DNA of 64,000 nucleotides, taken from NCBI GenBank assembly GCA_030390025.1, contig JASTWF010000138.1:310001-374000 (forward strand), given 5' to 3'. The notes under the pieces were generated by a model. It searched no databases and had not been told where the DNA came from. It was given only the letters and a program-made list of their open reading frames with translations. Numbering within the stretch: the stretch's first letter is position 1; every line of letters begins with the position of its first letter. This stretch comes from Squalus acanthias (lineage: Eukaryota). This document shows, piece by piece, positions 11,797-24,134 of the stretch. The position numbers were made by a program, and so were the translations under genes.

Positions 11797-12464
11797 TCGC
11801 AGGGTTGGATTCTGCTGTTATTGCTGCTGTTAATCACATCCAGGACTGAACCATGTTCACTCTGACAGTTGGGCTTTGTTTCTGCTGATGTTAATAACTA
11901 GAATAACTGAGCTTGATAATATTCTGTACAAATATTAAATAAATTAGCTTTGTTTCAAACACACAGTGTGTCTACTATTTGATTTCTCCATGATAAGAGG
12001 AGACTAATTGATGTTCTGTTACTGACTTTTCTTACTCTGGATTATTTCAGTTCTCATCTAGCTCACCTTCTACTACATCAAACCCCAAGCTTGTTCCATT
12101 TGTGTACACGGCCTGTGGGTGTCATAGACTGAACTGTAGTGTCTCACTTTACTCTCATCTGAAATTCCTTTGAAGCACCCCTTTATAGAGCTAACTTGCA
12201 TAAGATTTGATATCTGTTATTTTCTGTATCATTTAACACTTTTTGGATGCGATTTTTTTTAAAAAAACTCCTCCACACATACTGCATGTGACAGCCTTTG
12301 AAATGTTCTGATCTTTGTAATTGTCATTGCTGATTTTGATGGTCTTGTTGATTTAATCTCTTGTTACTAACATATCTTGCACTATTTCTTTAATCAAGAT
12401 AATTGTTTGAAATACTTCCTTTATCAGGTCTTTAGCTCCTCCATTGATCCCCGTCACTAATCCT

Positions 12465-12730
12465 TGGTTAGGGGCTGGGGTTAGGGTGTAGGCTTAGGGG
12501 TTAGTGGTTGGGGCTGGTGGTTATTGGTTAGGATTGGGGTTAGTGGTTGGGGTTGATAGTTATTGGTTAGGATTGGGGTTAGTGGTTGGGGTTAGTGGTT
12601 ATTGGTTAGGATTGGGGTTAGTGGTTATTGGTTAGGATTGGGGTTAGTGGTTATTGGTCAGGATTGGGGTTAGTGGTTTGGGGGTAGTCGATAGGATATT
12701 AAGCTTAGGAGGTAGTGGTTAAGGTTAGAA
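12465..12730 (+). repeat. G-rich degenerate telomere-like/low-complexity repeat
   Basis: Repeats of ggttaggattggggttagtggttatt with TTAGG/TTGGGG cores. Confidence 0.8.
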
Positions 12731-12827
12731 ACCGCTATCAATCAGCTTGTCTTATCATTGAGATATGAAGGACTCGACACACTTTGTTCAAAAGAAAGCT
12801 GATTTATTTGACACTTATATACAATAT

Positions 12828-13953
12828 TGTAATATTATTATGGATTAGTTGGTTTTTAGAATACTTGCTTTACTATCTTATAATCATCAGTATCTTATAA
12901 TCATCAGGAATGGATTTAGAATCGTGTGTAGGAATTAAATATAAAAGTCTGTAATCATCAATAGTAACCTGAATTATGTATAACATGTAACCCTTTTTAT
13001 GCTTAAAAGTCTGTGAGTAAACTGTAACCAGACCACCTGGGGTGAGGAAGAGGATTGCTATCGTCAAATAGTGAGGCTGTGGGTGAAGGTTGGATATTAG
13101 CCAACAGTGAGGATGGGACACAGAGTACAGTTAGCCTGGGAAGCAAGGCCAGGCGAGTCTGCCACTGTGTGGAATGTTATAAATCCGCAGTGAACAAACA
13201 CACAGGCCAAGAGCAGGGGCCGTGTCTCAACCAATGAGACAGCTTCCTTCTGTGCTGCCATAACTACCCCAGATATGAGACTTGATGGTCAAAAACAGAT
13301 GATGTCAGAGTGTCATCAGACCAAAAACCCGCGTAAGCCAGGGTGCTGCGTTTGGGTGTCGGACAGTGATTGGTTCAGGAGGACTCCATCGGTTTTGAAT
13401 GAGAGTAAGGGTATAGGAAGGGTTAGGGTTCCTATACCCACAAATTGTAGAGGATTTCAGGAGTCGAGGATTTCAGGAGTCGAGGATTTCAGGAGTCGAG
13501 GATTTCAGGAGTAGAAGATTTCAGGAGTAGAGGATTTCAGGAGTAGAGGATTTCAGGAGTAGAAGATTTCAGGAGTAGAGGATTTCAGGAGTAGAAGATT
13601 TCAGGAGTCGAGGATTTCAGGAGTAGAGGATTTCAGGAGTAGAAGATTTCAGGAGTAGAGGATTTCAGGAGTCGAGGATTTCAGGAGTAGAAGATTTCAG
13701 GAGTAGAGGATTTCAGGACGAATCAAGAGACATAGAAAGAGAGAGACAAGAGACACAGGGTGCAGCTTACTCACAGTTGCTGCGTCTACCCAGAGTATAA
13801 GCGGTAATATAAATCTCACTTATACTCTGTAAACTGCTGCTCGAATACTGTAATGTATTAAGTCTTGCTTGTGCTGAATAAAGTTAAATCACTGTCCCCA
13901 ATACGGGTCAACCTCGAATCATTTGGAACCAGGGTCCCGCTGGGATCTTGTAA
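12828..13953 (+). mobile_element. Unclassified ~1.1-kb insertion (LTR-like) in the ZNF-C 3' UTR
   Basis: Splits the UTR homology (12760-12828 and 13954-14080); begins tgtaa; tataa at ~13796 and aataaa at ~13877; no terminal CA found. Confidence 0.4.
13447..13718 (+). repeat. 16-bp tandem repeat (~17 units)
   Basis: (agaggatttcaggagt)n with minor variants. Confidence 0.95.
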
Positions 13954-14081
13954 TGTTAATAACCCGATAACTGGGCTGGAGCTTAACAACAACAGAATCA
14001 AATCCCAACTGTCAGAATGAACCTGGTTCAGTCCTGGGTGTGATTAACAGCAGCAATAACAGTAGAATCCAACCCCTGCAG

Positions 14082-15360
14082 TCACATGTGAACTCGCTGG
14101 TGTGTCAGCAGGTGGGATGACTGAGTGAATCCCTTCCCACACATGGAGCAGGTGAACGGCCTCTCCCCAGTGTGAACTCGCTGGTGAGTCAGAAGGTGGG
14201 ACGACTGAGTGAATCCCTTCCCACACACAGAGCAGGTGAATGGCCTCTCCAGAGTGTGAACTCGCTGGTGTGTCAGCAGGCTGGATGACTGAGTGAATCC
14301 CTTCCCACACACGGAGCAGGTGAATGGCCTCTCCCCAGTGTGAACTCGCTGGTGCATCAGCAGATTGGATGAACAAGTGAATCCCTTCCCACACACGGAG
14401 CAGCTGAACGGTCTCTCCCCAGTGTGAACTCGCTGGTGTGTTAACAGGTGGGATGACTGAGTGAATCCCCTCCCACACACAGAGCAGGTGAATGGCCTCT
14501 CCCAGTGTGAGTGCGTTGGTGTCTCAGAAGGTCCTTTGAGCTTTTAAAGCTCTTCTCACAATCAGAACATTTAAAAGTTCTCTTATCAGTGTGAAAAAGT
14601 TGGTGTTCAATGAGGCTGGATGAACAAGTGAATCCCTTCCCACACAGGGAGCAAGTGAACAGCTTGTCCCCAGTGTGAAATTGCTGGTGTGTCAGCAGCT
14701 GGGATGACTGAATGAATCCCTTCCCACAGACGGAGCAGGTGAACGGCCTCTCCCCGGTGTGAATATGTTGGTGTTTCAGCAGTTCATGTGTGCTTTTAAA
14801 ACTCTTCTCACAGGCAGAACATTTAAAAGGTCTCTTTTCAGTGTGAACAAGTTGGTGTTTCTGGAGGCTGGATAACTGAGTGAATCCCTTCCCACACACG
14901 GAGCAGGTGAACGGCCTCTCCCCGGTGTGACTGCGTCGATGAATTTCTAGCAGGGATGGGTAACTGAATCCCTTCCCACAGTCCCCACATTTACATGGCT
15001 TCTCTGTGGTGCGGGTGTCCTTGTGTCTCTCCAGGTTGGAGCCTCGTCCACACACAGAACACGTGTACGGTTTCTCCCCGCTGTGAACGGTGCGATGTTT
15101 TTTCAGGCTGTGTAACTGGTTAAAGCTCTTTCCACAGTCAGTGCACTGGAACACTCTCACTCGGGTGTGTGTGTCTCGGTGCTTTTCCAGTCACACTGAT
15201 GTTTGAAATCTTTTCCCATGGACAGAACAGACGAACATTTCTCCTTCCACATTCAAAGGCCGATGATATTCGGGTCCTGATGAATGGAGTGACTCTGTCA
15301 GATCTTGACGTGATGTTTGGTTTGAGTTTCCCGTCTGTAAATCCTCCCCTTTTAACAGCC
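14082..15360 (-). pseudogene. ZNF-C: C2H2 zinc-finger gene with frameshift
   Basis: Two overlapping finger ORFs (15160-14441, 14480-14082); one G missing in a TGE linker at ~14500; 12-nt deletion in an early finger; upstream TGA. A homopolymer assembly error cannot be excluded. Confidence 0.75.
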
Positions 15361-15934
15361 TGTAAAGGAGTTTACAAAAGACATCACTGTAAGTACAGGA
15401 TAGAAATTCAGAACAGACAATTCTAGTTTCTATGGAACATTCTTTGCTCCCAGTGTGTGGTTTTGAGTATTATATAGACTTAATCTGTGAACCTTGACCT
15501 TAACGTTGCAAGAATCTTATTGATTTTGAGGAATAGAAAAGACATCTAATCATAAATAAATAAATGGGTCCTCCAACATCTCCACAGTAGCTGACCTGCT
15601 TTAACTACGTCCAGTCTATGTCTTTTATTTCTCTACTTTCTCCCATCATTCCTCCTTTTGTCTTTCACTATTATAACTTCTGTCATTTACCCACCTCCTG
15701 TTCCCCACCTAACTTTACAGTTCATTATTTCTGTTTTCTTGTGTACGTGGTCGCTCTCTCTCTTCTTTCCCTCACTCTATCCCTCCCTATAAGCTGTCCA
15801 TCTGTCATATCTCCCAGTTCTGATGAAGTGCTCTCCCTGACCCGTCACCATTTCTCCTTCCTTTACAGATGCTCCTGGACCAGTCACCATTTCTCCTACC
15901 TTTTTTGAAAACTTGAAAGATTTTAAAAAAAATT

Positions 15935-16560
15935 TGAAGGTGGCAGGACAGGTTAAGAAAGCAGTTAATAAAGCATAAAGATCCTGGGCTTTATAAATAG
16001 AGGCACAGTGTACAAAAGCCAGGAGGTTATGCTAAACCAATATAAAACACGAGTTCGACCCCAGCTGGAGTATTGTGTCCAATTCTGGGCACCACACTTT
16101 AGGAAGGATGTGAAGGCTTTGGAGATTTACTAGACTGGTTCCAGGGATGAGGGATTACAGTTACGTGGGGAGACTGGAGAAGCTGGGGTTGTTCTCCTTA
16201 GAGTAGAGAAAGCTAAGAGGAGATTTGATAGAGGTGTTTAATATCATGAAGGCTTGAGATAGAGTAAATAAAGAGAAACTGTTTCCAATGGCTGAAGGGT
16301 CGATAACCGGAGGGATCAGAAATAAGGTGATTGGCAAAAGAACCAGAGGCGACACGAGGAAATAAATTTCACGCAACGAGTGGTTAGGATTTGGAATACA
16401 CTGTCTGATCGGGTGGTGGTTACAGATTCAATAGTAGCCTCAAAAGGGAATTGGATAAATACTTGAAGGAGAAAAAATTGCAGGTATATGGGGAAAGAGC
16501 GGGGAGTGGGACTGACTGGATCGCTCTTTGAAATAGCCGGCACAGACTCGATGGCCTGTC
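15935..16560 (+). mobile_element. CR1 3' fragment
   Basis: ctggagtattgtgtccaattctggg..., gagatttgatagaggtg, typical 3' UTR. Confidence 0.88.
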
Positions 16561-17254
16561 CGACCCGATACCAACCCAGAATGAGCTGGAGATCCGTCTC
16601 CACTCGCCAGGACAGTCTGCAGCGGGGCTCGAACTTTACACACTTCTGGCTCAGAGGCGGGAATGTGAACAGTCACCAAAAACCTACAAGTGTCACCTAA
16701 CTGACTGGCTTTCTTCCTTTGTATATCCACCTCATTTTCCATATAAGGTCTTGATTCTGTCTTCCACAGCTCAATGTTGGCACGTACGTCATCTAACGCC
16801 CTCCTTCCCCCCGACAGTGCGGGACTGCAGCTGCTGCGGAAACCACATCCTTCTCGACACTCTCCCAAGGTCATCCTGATCCTCTCAGACTCAACTCATT
16901 CCCATCTTTCTCCAGTATTTTCATTACTCTTAAATTAATTGCATCAGTTTATTATTAATTGTGCATTATGAATCTAATCCAGCTTCTCCAATGTTTATTC
17001 TCATTGTGGTCAATCATAGACTGTCACATCTGCTTCTGTTTCCGCCTTATCTTCCTGTTCCGTCTGGTTTTGCTCGAGAATGTGCTTTCTGTGGTCAGAA
17101 ATCAGTTACTCAGTGCTTTATGCATGTATTCTCTCAGATTAACTTGATTGTGCCCATGGTGCCTGCGTTAACCATTCAGTCATTGTTTAATGCTCAAACA
17201 ATATCGAGCGCTTTTATTTTCCAACAGGTGCTGTGTTCAGTTTTAAACAACAGA

Positions 17255-17470
17255 ACTCAGGATGATATATTGGCCTTGGAGATGATCCAGCACAGATTCA
17301 CCAGGGCTGAACGGGTTACATTATGAGGACAGGTTGCATATACTTAGATTGCATTCCCTTGAGTTTAGGATGACGGGTGATCGAAGTGAGGTGTTTGAAA
17401 TTATTAAACGGTTTCAATGGAGTAGATACAAAGAAACTATTTCCTCTGGTGGGGAAATCCAGAACAAGAC
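17255..17470 (+). mobile_element. Degenerate CR1 fragment
   Basis: DILALE..QHRFTR motif; aaactatttcctctggtgggg. Confidence 0.7.
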
Positions 17471-18075
17471 GATGAATCGTCTTGGGGGAACAAAATAAAC
17501 TAGAATTGTCTGTTCTGAATTTCAAGCCTGTACTGACAGTGATGGCTTTTGTAGGCTGTGAGAAGAGGTGGATTTACAGACAGGAAACTCAAACCAAACA
17601 TCACAACAAGATCTGACAGAGTCACTCCATTCATCAGGACCCGAATATCATCGGCCTTTGAATGTGGAAGGAGAAATGTTTGTCTGTTCTGTCTGTGGGA
17701 AAAGCTTTCAAACATCAGTGTGACTGGAAAAGCACCCACACACCCGAGTGAGAGTGTTCCAGTGCACTGACTGTGGAAAGAGCTTTAACCAGTTGCACAG
17801 CCTGAAAAAACATTGCACCGTTCACAGCGGGGAGAAACCGTACACGTGTTCTGTGTGTGGATGAAGCTTCAACCGATCATCCAACCTGGGGAGACACCCG
17901 CACCATGGAGAAACCCTGGAAATGTGGGGACTGTGGAAGGGATTCAGTTCCCTGTCCCACCTGGAAGCTCATCAACGCAGTCACACCAGGGAGAGGCCAT
18001 GTGTGGGAAGGGCTTCACTCGTTCACCCGACCTCAATGAACACCAACTTGTTCACACTGATGAGGGACCTTTTCA

Positions 18076-19120
18076 ATTTTTTTTTTTATTCGTTCATGGG
18101 ATCTGGGTGTCGCTGGCAAGGCCAGCATTTATTGCCCATCCCTAGTTGCCCTTGAGAAGGTGGTGGTGAGCCGCCTTCTTGAACCGCTGCAGTCCGTGTG
18201 GTGAAGGTACTCCCACAGTGCTGTTAGGGAGGGAGTTCCAGGATTTTGACCCAGCGACGATGAAGGCTCGGCGATGTATTTCCAAGTCAGAATGGTGTGT
18301 GACTTGGAGGGGAACTTGGAGGTAGTGGTGTTCCCATTCGCCTGCTGCCCTTGTCCTTCTAAGTGGAAGAGGTCGCGGGTTTGGGAGGTGCTGCTGAAGA
18401 AGCCTTGGCGAGTTGCTGCAGTGCATCTTGTAGATGGTACACACTGCAGCCACGGTACACCGGTGATGGAGGGAGTGAATGTTTAAGGTGGTGGATGGGG
18501 TGCCAATCAAGCGGGCTGCTTTGTCCTGGATGGTGTCGAGCTTCTTGAGTGTTGTTGGAGCTGCACTCATCCAGGCAAGTGGAGAATATTCCATCACACT
18601 CCTTACTTATGCCTTGTAGATGGTGGAAAGGCTTTGGGGAGTCAGGAGGTGAGACACTCGCTGCAGAATACCTAGCCTCTGACCTGCTCTTGTTGCCACA
18701 GTATTTATGTGGCTGGTCCAGTTAAGTTTCTGGATAATGGTAACCCCCAGGATGTTGATGGTGGGGGATTCGGCGATGGTAATGCCGTTGAATGTCATGG
18801 GGAGGTGGTTAGACTCTCGCTTGTTGGAGATAATGCGGAGATGCCGGTGTTGGACTGGGGTGGACAAAAGTGAGAAGTCGCACAACACCAGGTTGTAGTC
18901 CAACAGGTTTATTTGAAATCACAAGCTTTCGGAGCGGCTGCTCCTTCTTCAGGTGAAGGTGACGAAGTAGCAGCTCTCCGAAAGTTTGTGATTTCAAATA
19001 AACCTGTTGGACTATAACCTGGTGTTGTGCGACTTCTCATTGTTGGAGATAGTCATTGCCTGGCACTGTGTGGCGCGAATCTTACCTGCCACTTATCAGC
19101 CCAAGCCTGAACGTCGTCCA
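18076..19120 (-). mobile_element. Non-LTR retrotransposon 3' fragment (clade not assigned)
   Basis: MEYSPLAWMSAAPTTLKKLDTIQDKAARLI...WNSLP; ILGVTI..KLNWTSHI; poly-A (T-run on +) at 18076-18087. Confidence 0.85.
18833..19039. mobile_element. Penelope-like inverted terminal-repeat insertion with 12-bp TSD
   Basis: TSD ttgttggagata at 18821-18832 and 19040-19051; inverted arms ~18871-18945 and ~18965-19039; hammerhead core on each arm. Confidence 0.8.
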
Positions 19121-19321
19121 GGTTCTGACTGTGAGAAGAGCTTTAAAAGCACTAATGGTCTGCTGCAACTCCAATGCACTCACACTGGTTAGAGGCTGGT
19201 CACCTGCACTCAGTGTGGAAGGAGATTCATTGCTTCATCCACCCTGCTGAAACACCAGCGACTTCACAATGAGGAGAATCCTCACACCTGCACTCAATGT
19301 GGAAAGAGACTCACTCAGTCA

Positions 19322-20529
19322 TCCAGCCTGCTGAGACACCAGCAAGTTCACACTGGGGAGAGGCTGTTCACCTGCTCCGTGTGTGGGACAGGATTCACTG
19401 AGCGCTCCAGCCTGCTGAGACACCAGCAAGTTCACACTGGGGAGAGGCTGTTCACCTGCTCCGTGTGTGGGACAGGATTCACTGAGCGCTCCAGCCTGCT
19501 GAGACACCAGCAAGTTCACACTGGGGAGAGGCTGTTCACCTGCTCCGTGTGTGGGAAGAGATTCACTGAGCGCTCCAGCCTGCTGAGACACCAGCAAGTT
19601 CACACTGGGGAGAGACTGTTCACCTGCTCCGTGTGGGGGACAGGATTCACTGAGCGCTCCAGCCTGCTGAGACACCAGCAAGTTCACACTGGGGAGAGGC
19701 TGTTCACCTGCTCCGTGTGGGGGACAGGATTCACTGAGCGCTCCAGCCTGCTGAGACACCAGCAAGTTCACACTGGGGAGAGGCTGTTCACCTGCTCCGT
19801 GTGGGGGACAGGATTCACTGAGCGCTCCAGCCTGCTGAGACACCAGCAAGTTCACACTGGGGAGAGGCTGTTCACCTGCTCCGTGTGGGGGACAGGATTC
19901 ACTGAGCGCTCCAGCCTGCTGAGACACCAGCAAGTTCACACTGGGGAGAGGCTGTTCACCTGCTCCGTGTGGGGGACAGGATTCACTGAGCGCTCCAGCC
20001 TGCTGAGACACCAGCAAGTTCACACTGGGGAGAGGCTGTTCACCTGCTCCGTGTGGGGGACAGGATTCACTGAGCGCTCCAGCCTGCTGAGACACCAGCA
20101 AGTTCACACTGGGGAGAGGCTGTTCACCTGCTCCGTGTGGGGGACAGGATTCACTGAGCGCTCCAGCCTGCTGAGACACCAGCAAGTTCACACTGGGGAG
20201 AGGCTGTTCACCTGCTCCGTGTGGGGGACAGGATTCACTGAGCGCTCCAGCCTGCTGAGACACCAGCAAGTTCACACTGGGGAGAGGCTGTTCACCTGCT
20301 CCGTGTGGGGGACAGGATTCACTGAGCGCTCCAGCCTGCTGAGACACCAGCAAGTTCACACTGGGGAGAGGCTGTTCACCTGCTCCGTGTGTGGGAAGAG
20401 ATTCACTGAGCGCTCCAGCCTGCTGAGACACCAGCAAGTTCACACTGGGGAGAGGCTGTTCACCTGCTCCGTGTGGGGGACAGGATTCACTGAGCGCTCC
20501 AGCCTGCTGAGACACCAGCAAGTTCACAA
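19322..20529 (+). repeat. 84-bp zinc-finger-coding minisatellite (14 near-identical units)
   Basis: Unit encodes TGERLFTCSV(C/W)GTGFTERSSLLRHQQVH; 10 of 14 units have Cys2-to-Trp. Confidence 0.95.
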
Positions 20530-22099
20530 GTAAATGGCAGAGAGGTTGGATTCTGCTGTTGTTGCTGCTGTTAGTCACATTGAGGACTGCAGTGTTCATT
20601 CTGACAGTTGGGGTTTGTTTCTGCTGATGTTAATCACCCCTGTAACTGGGCTGGAGGTTAATATTCTGGATATCTTTAAATAAATTAACTATGTTTGAAA
20701 CACACGGTGGGTCAAGTCCTTGATTTTCCCCAAGGAAAGTGGCGACTAATTGATGTCCTGTTACCAACTGTTCCATTTTGGGCCTTTTCTCTCGTCTTAC
20801 TCCAGATTATTTCAGTTGTCATTACCTTCAGTTCCAGTTCCAGCTCCCTATACCTTCCGGAGTGCCTCTCCTAGCCTTGGTATCCAGGGAAGGCGTCAGT
20901 AACATGCCCGGGATCACTAAACACAAAACCCAGTCTGTTAATCACTTTCCCCAACCCCAAACTGTAACATCACAGCCATATCACCCGAACCCAAACCATT
21001 AGTGGAGGTCATCCACTTTGGACCTAAAAAGGATAGAACAAAGTACTTTCTAAATGGTGAAAAGCACCGGTCGGAGAGGGCGGGGCACAGTGGAGCTGAT
21101 TTATTGAACGAACGAACGGACGCTCAAGTGAACGAACGGACGAACGATTCGAACCAACGCATTCATGCACATTGGAACTTACACTCGATCGAACGAACGA
21201 CCTCATGGGGTAGTGGTCGAACGAACGATTCGAGCAAACGCAAGCATGCACATTGGAACTTACACTCGATCGAATGAATGATCACTTGTGCAGTGATGGA
21301 ACGAACGATAATCGAGCGAACGCACCCAGGCGCGCACTTAGACAAATGATACGCACGCACTCATACATACATATTGGAACTTATGCTCGATCGAACGAAC
21401 GCTTGAATGAACGAACAATTGAATGAATGATCGAATGATTGAACGAACAATGCCAGGAGGACTGGCATAAAACGGATATTTTCTTGGTTTATTGGAATAA
21501 GTGTTATCTGTAGCATTTAATTGGATTATGATGGTGCGATGTGTTTGTACACTGGTGTTGAAATGGTTTTTGTTTTATGTGGAGTTAACTTTGAGATTTA
21601 TTATTTTAAATCTAAAAAGTTGTGTGGTATTGTTTAAGGGTATTTGTACTGTAAACATTATTGATTATTTGTAAAATTAATCATTGCATTTATATTAACT
21701 ATAAGGCTATTTTTAAGGCTTTATGTTTTACTGTGATGGATGAATGTAATGGATTTACTATGTAATGGATTTACTATGTAATTGATGAGTTGTATAAGTA
21801 TTATTGTTTTTGAATAAAAAGATTTCTCCAGTCCCTTGTTCAGGGCCCAGGGCCAGGGGAGGCTGTGGGCCTTTATTCCCCTTATTGGACACAAGGCTCT
21901 TTGTCTCACAACACACTGGCTCAGGTTTTAAAAATAGGTTTACAGGAAATAGTGAATTGAAAATTGCAAAACTGAGATTGTTAGTTTTACACAGGATTAC
22001 ACAGGATATACGGCACAGAAACAGGCCATTCGGCCCAACCAGTCCATGCCGGCATTTATGCTCCACTCGAGCTTATACACTGTTATACATTCCTTTCTG

Positions 22100-23290
22100 G
22101 TGGAAAAGCGGCCCAACCATGGCTAACAAAAGAAATTAAGGACAGTATTAGATACAAAGAGGAGTCATATAAAGTTGCCAGAACAAGTAGCAAGCCTGAG
22201 GATTGGGAGCAGTTTAGAGTTCAGCAAAAAACGACATTGATTAAGAGGGGTAAAATAGTGTTTGAGAGTAAACTTGCAAGGAACATAAAAGCGGATTGTA
22301 AAAGTTTCTACAAGTATGTAAAAAGAAAAAGATGAGTGAAGACAAATGTAAGTCCCTTACAGTCAGAAATGGGAGAATTTATAATGGGGAACAAGGAAAT
22401 GGCTGAGCAATTAAACAAATACTTTGGTTCTGTCTTCACAGAAGAGGACACAAATAACTTCCCAGAAATGTTAGGGAACCAAGGGTCTAGTGAGAAGGAG
22501 GAATTAAAGGAAATTAGTATTAGTAAAAAATAGTGCTGGAAAAATTAATGGGACTGAAAGCTGATAAATCCCCAGGGCCTGATAATCTGCATCCCAGAGT
22601 ACCAAAAGAGGTAGCCATGGAAATAGTGGATGCATTGGTTGTCATCTTCCAAAATTCTATAGATTATGGAACAGTTCCTGCAGCTTGGATGGTGGCAAAT
22701 GTAACCCCACTATTTAAAAAAGGAGGGAGAGAGAAAACAGGGAACTACAGACCGCTTAGCCTAACATCAGTAGTACGGAAAATGCTAGAGTCTATTATTA
22801 AGGATGTGATAACAGGACACTTAGAAAATATCAACGGGATTAGACAAAGTCAACATGGATTTATGAAAGGGAAATTGTGTTTGACAAACCTGCTGGAGTT
22901 TTTTGAGGATGTAACTGGTAGAATAGATAAGGGAGAACCAGTGGATGTGGTGTATTTGGATTTTCAGAAGGCCTTTGATAAAGTCCCACATAAGAGGTTA
23001 GTGTGCAAAATTAAAGCACATGGGATTGGAGGTAATATACTGGCATGGATTGAAAATTGGTTAACAGACAGGAAACAGAGAGTAGGAATAAATGGGTCTT
23101 TTTCAGGGTGGCAGGCAGTGACTAGTGGGGTACCGCAGGGATCAGTGCTTGGGCCCCAGCTATTCACAATATATATCAATGATTTGGATGAGGGAACCAA
23201 ATGTAATATTTCCAAGTTTGCTGATGACACAAAACTAGGTGGGGTTGTGAGTTGTGAGGTGGATGCAAAGAAGCTTCAAAGCGACTTAGA
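22100..23290 (+). mobile_element. CR1 LINE ORF2 reverse-transcriptase fragment
   Basis: [42 protein letters not shown]. Confidence 0.95.
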
Positions 23291-24134
23291 CATTCTCCTG
23301 TAAACTGAATTGATCTTGATCCGAACTGGATTCAATGCAAGACAATTCGGCGAGTCAGACATCATTCACCCCTAGACCTACATAAAACCCCACACGGTTC
23401 CTCAGTAAGGATTCCTCCGGTTCCTAGGCATATATTTGTCAGGATACTGAAGCCCAGCTTCCTTACTGTCCACTCCTGGAGGCCCCACTCCCTGAGCCAA
23501 CAACCTTCAGCAGGGTCAGTGGTGGAGTTCTTCAGCAGGAGTGATCCCAGAGTAACTGTCGGGATCGCACCCCCGTGGATGTACCAGGTCGTGTATTTTT
23601 AGTTATCCTGGTGTCTAACACACACACATCAATAAAACAGGGAATTCCTGGAAACACGCAGCAGGTCCTTTTTTATCTGGAGATCAAATGTCTGTTGTAT
23701 AATTGTACCAGCAGTTAACAGGCTTCTGTGAACTCCTCCATCTGCTATTTTAATGCAGACTTTAACCAACTTATTTTAAATGGGTTAACACCTACCTTAA
23801 AATGGTAGACTCAGGACTGTCAGACAAACACGTTAAATCTTTGTGGAATAATTACCACAGTCATCTGTAGACTGGAAACTTAAACCTGCTGTTTCACTTT
23901 CAGTCAGAAACAGATTGCAGTTTGACACCAATCTCTGATTTGACAGCATGTTTCCAGCATTCACCGTTGTTCTTCCTGACTCTAAACACAGTTGTAAAGG
24001 AGCCTTCTGTTCTGTGCCTAGGAGCTCTGAACCATGGAAGAGAGCGGCTGGGATACATGTCTTACATGCCTCAAGATTAACCCGCATGGGGACTTTGCTG
24101 TCAGTGAAGAGAGACGAGAAATCTACAACAAGGT

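Larger units (their letters stand above)
17480..20533 (+). pseudogene. ZNF-D: C2H2 zinc-finger pseudogene interrupted by a LINE
   Basis: Paralogous exon start, several frameshifts and deletions at 17740-18075, LINE at 18076-19120, degenerate fingers at 19121-19330, then the 84-bp array; family 3' UTR follows. Confidence 0.85.

Noticed and set aside
12465-12730. Chromosome fusion site
   Set aside because: No head-to-head TTAGGG/CCCTAA arrangement and few perfect hexamers
16440-16874. 144-aa minus-strand ORF
   Set aside because: 3' half is antisense CR1; the remainder has no motif I recognise and no clear exon structure
19319-20599. 426-aa minus-strand ORF
   Set aside because: Antisense shadow of the 84-bp finger repeat; likewise 4864-5400 and the alternative-frame ORFs over ZNF-B and ZNF-C
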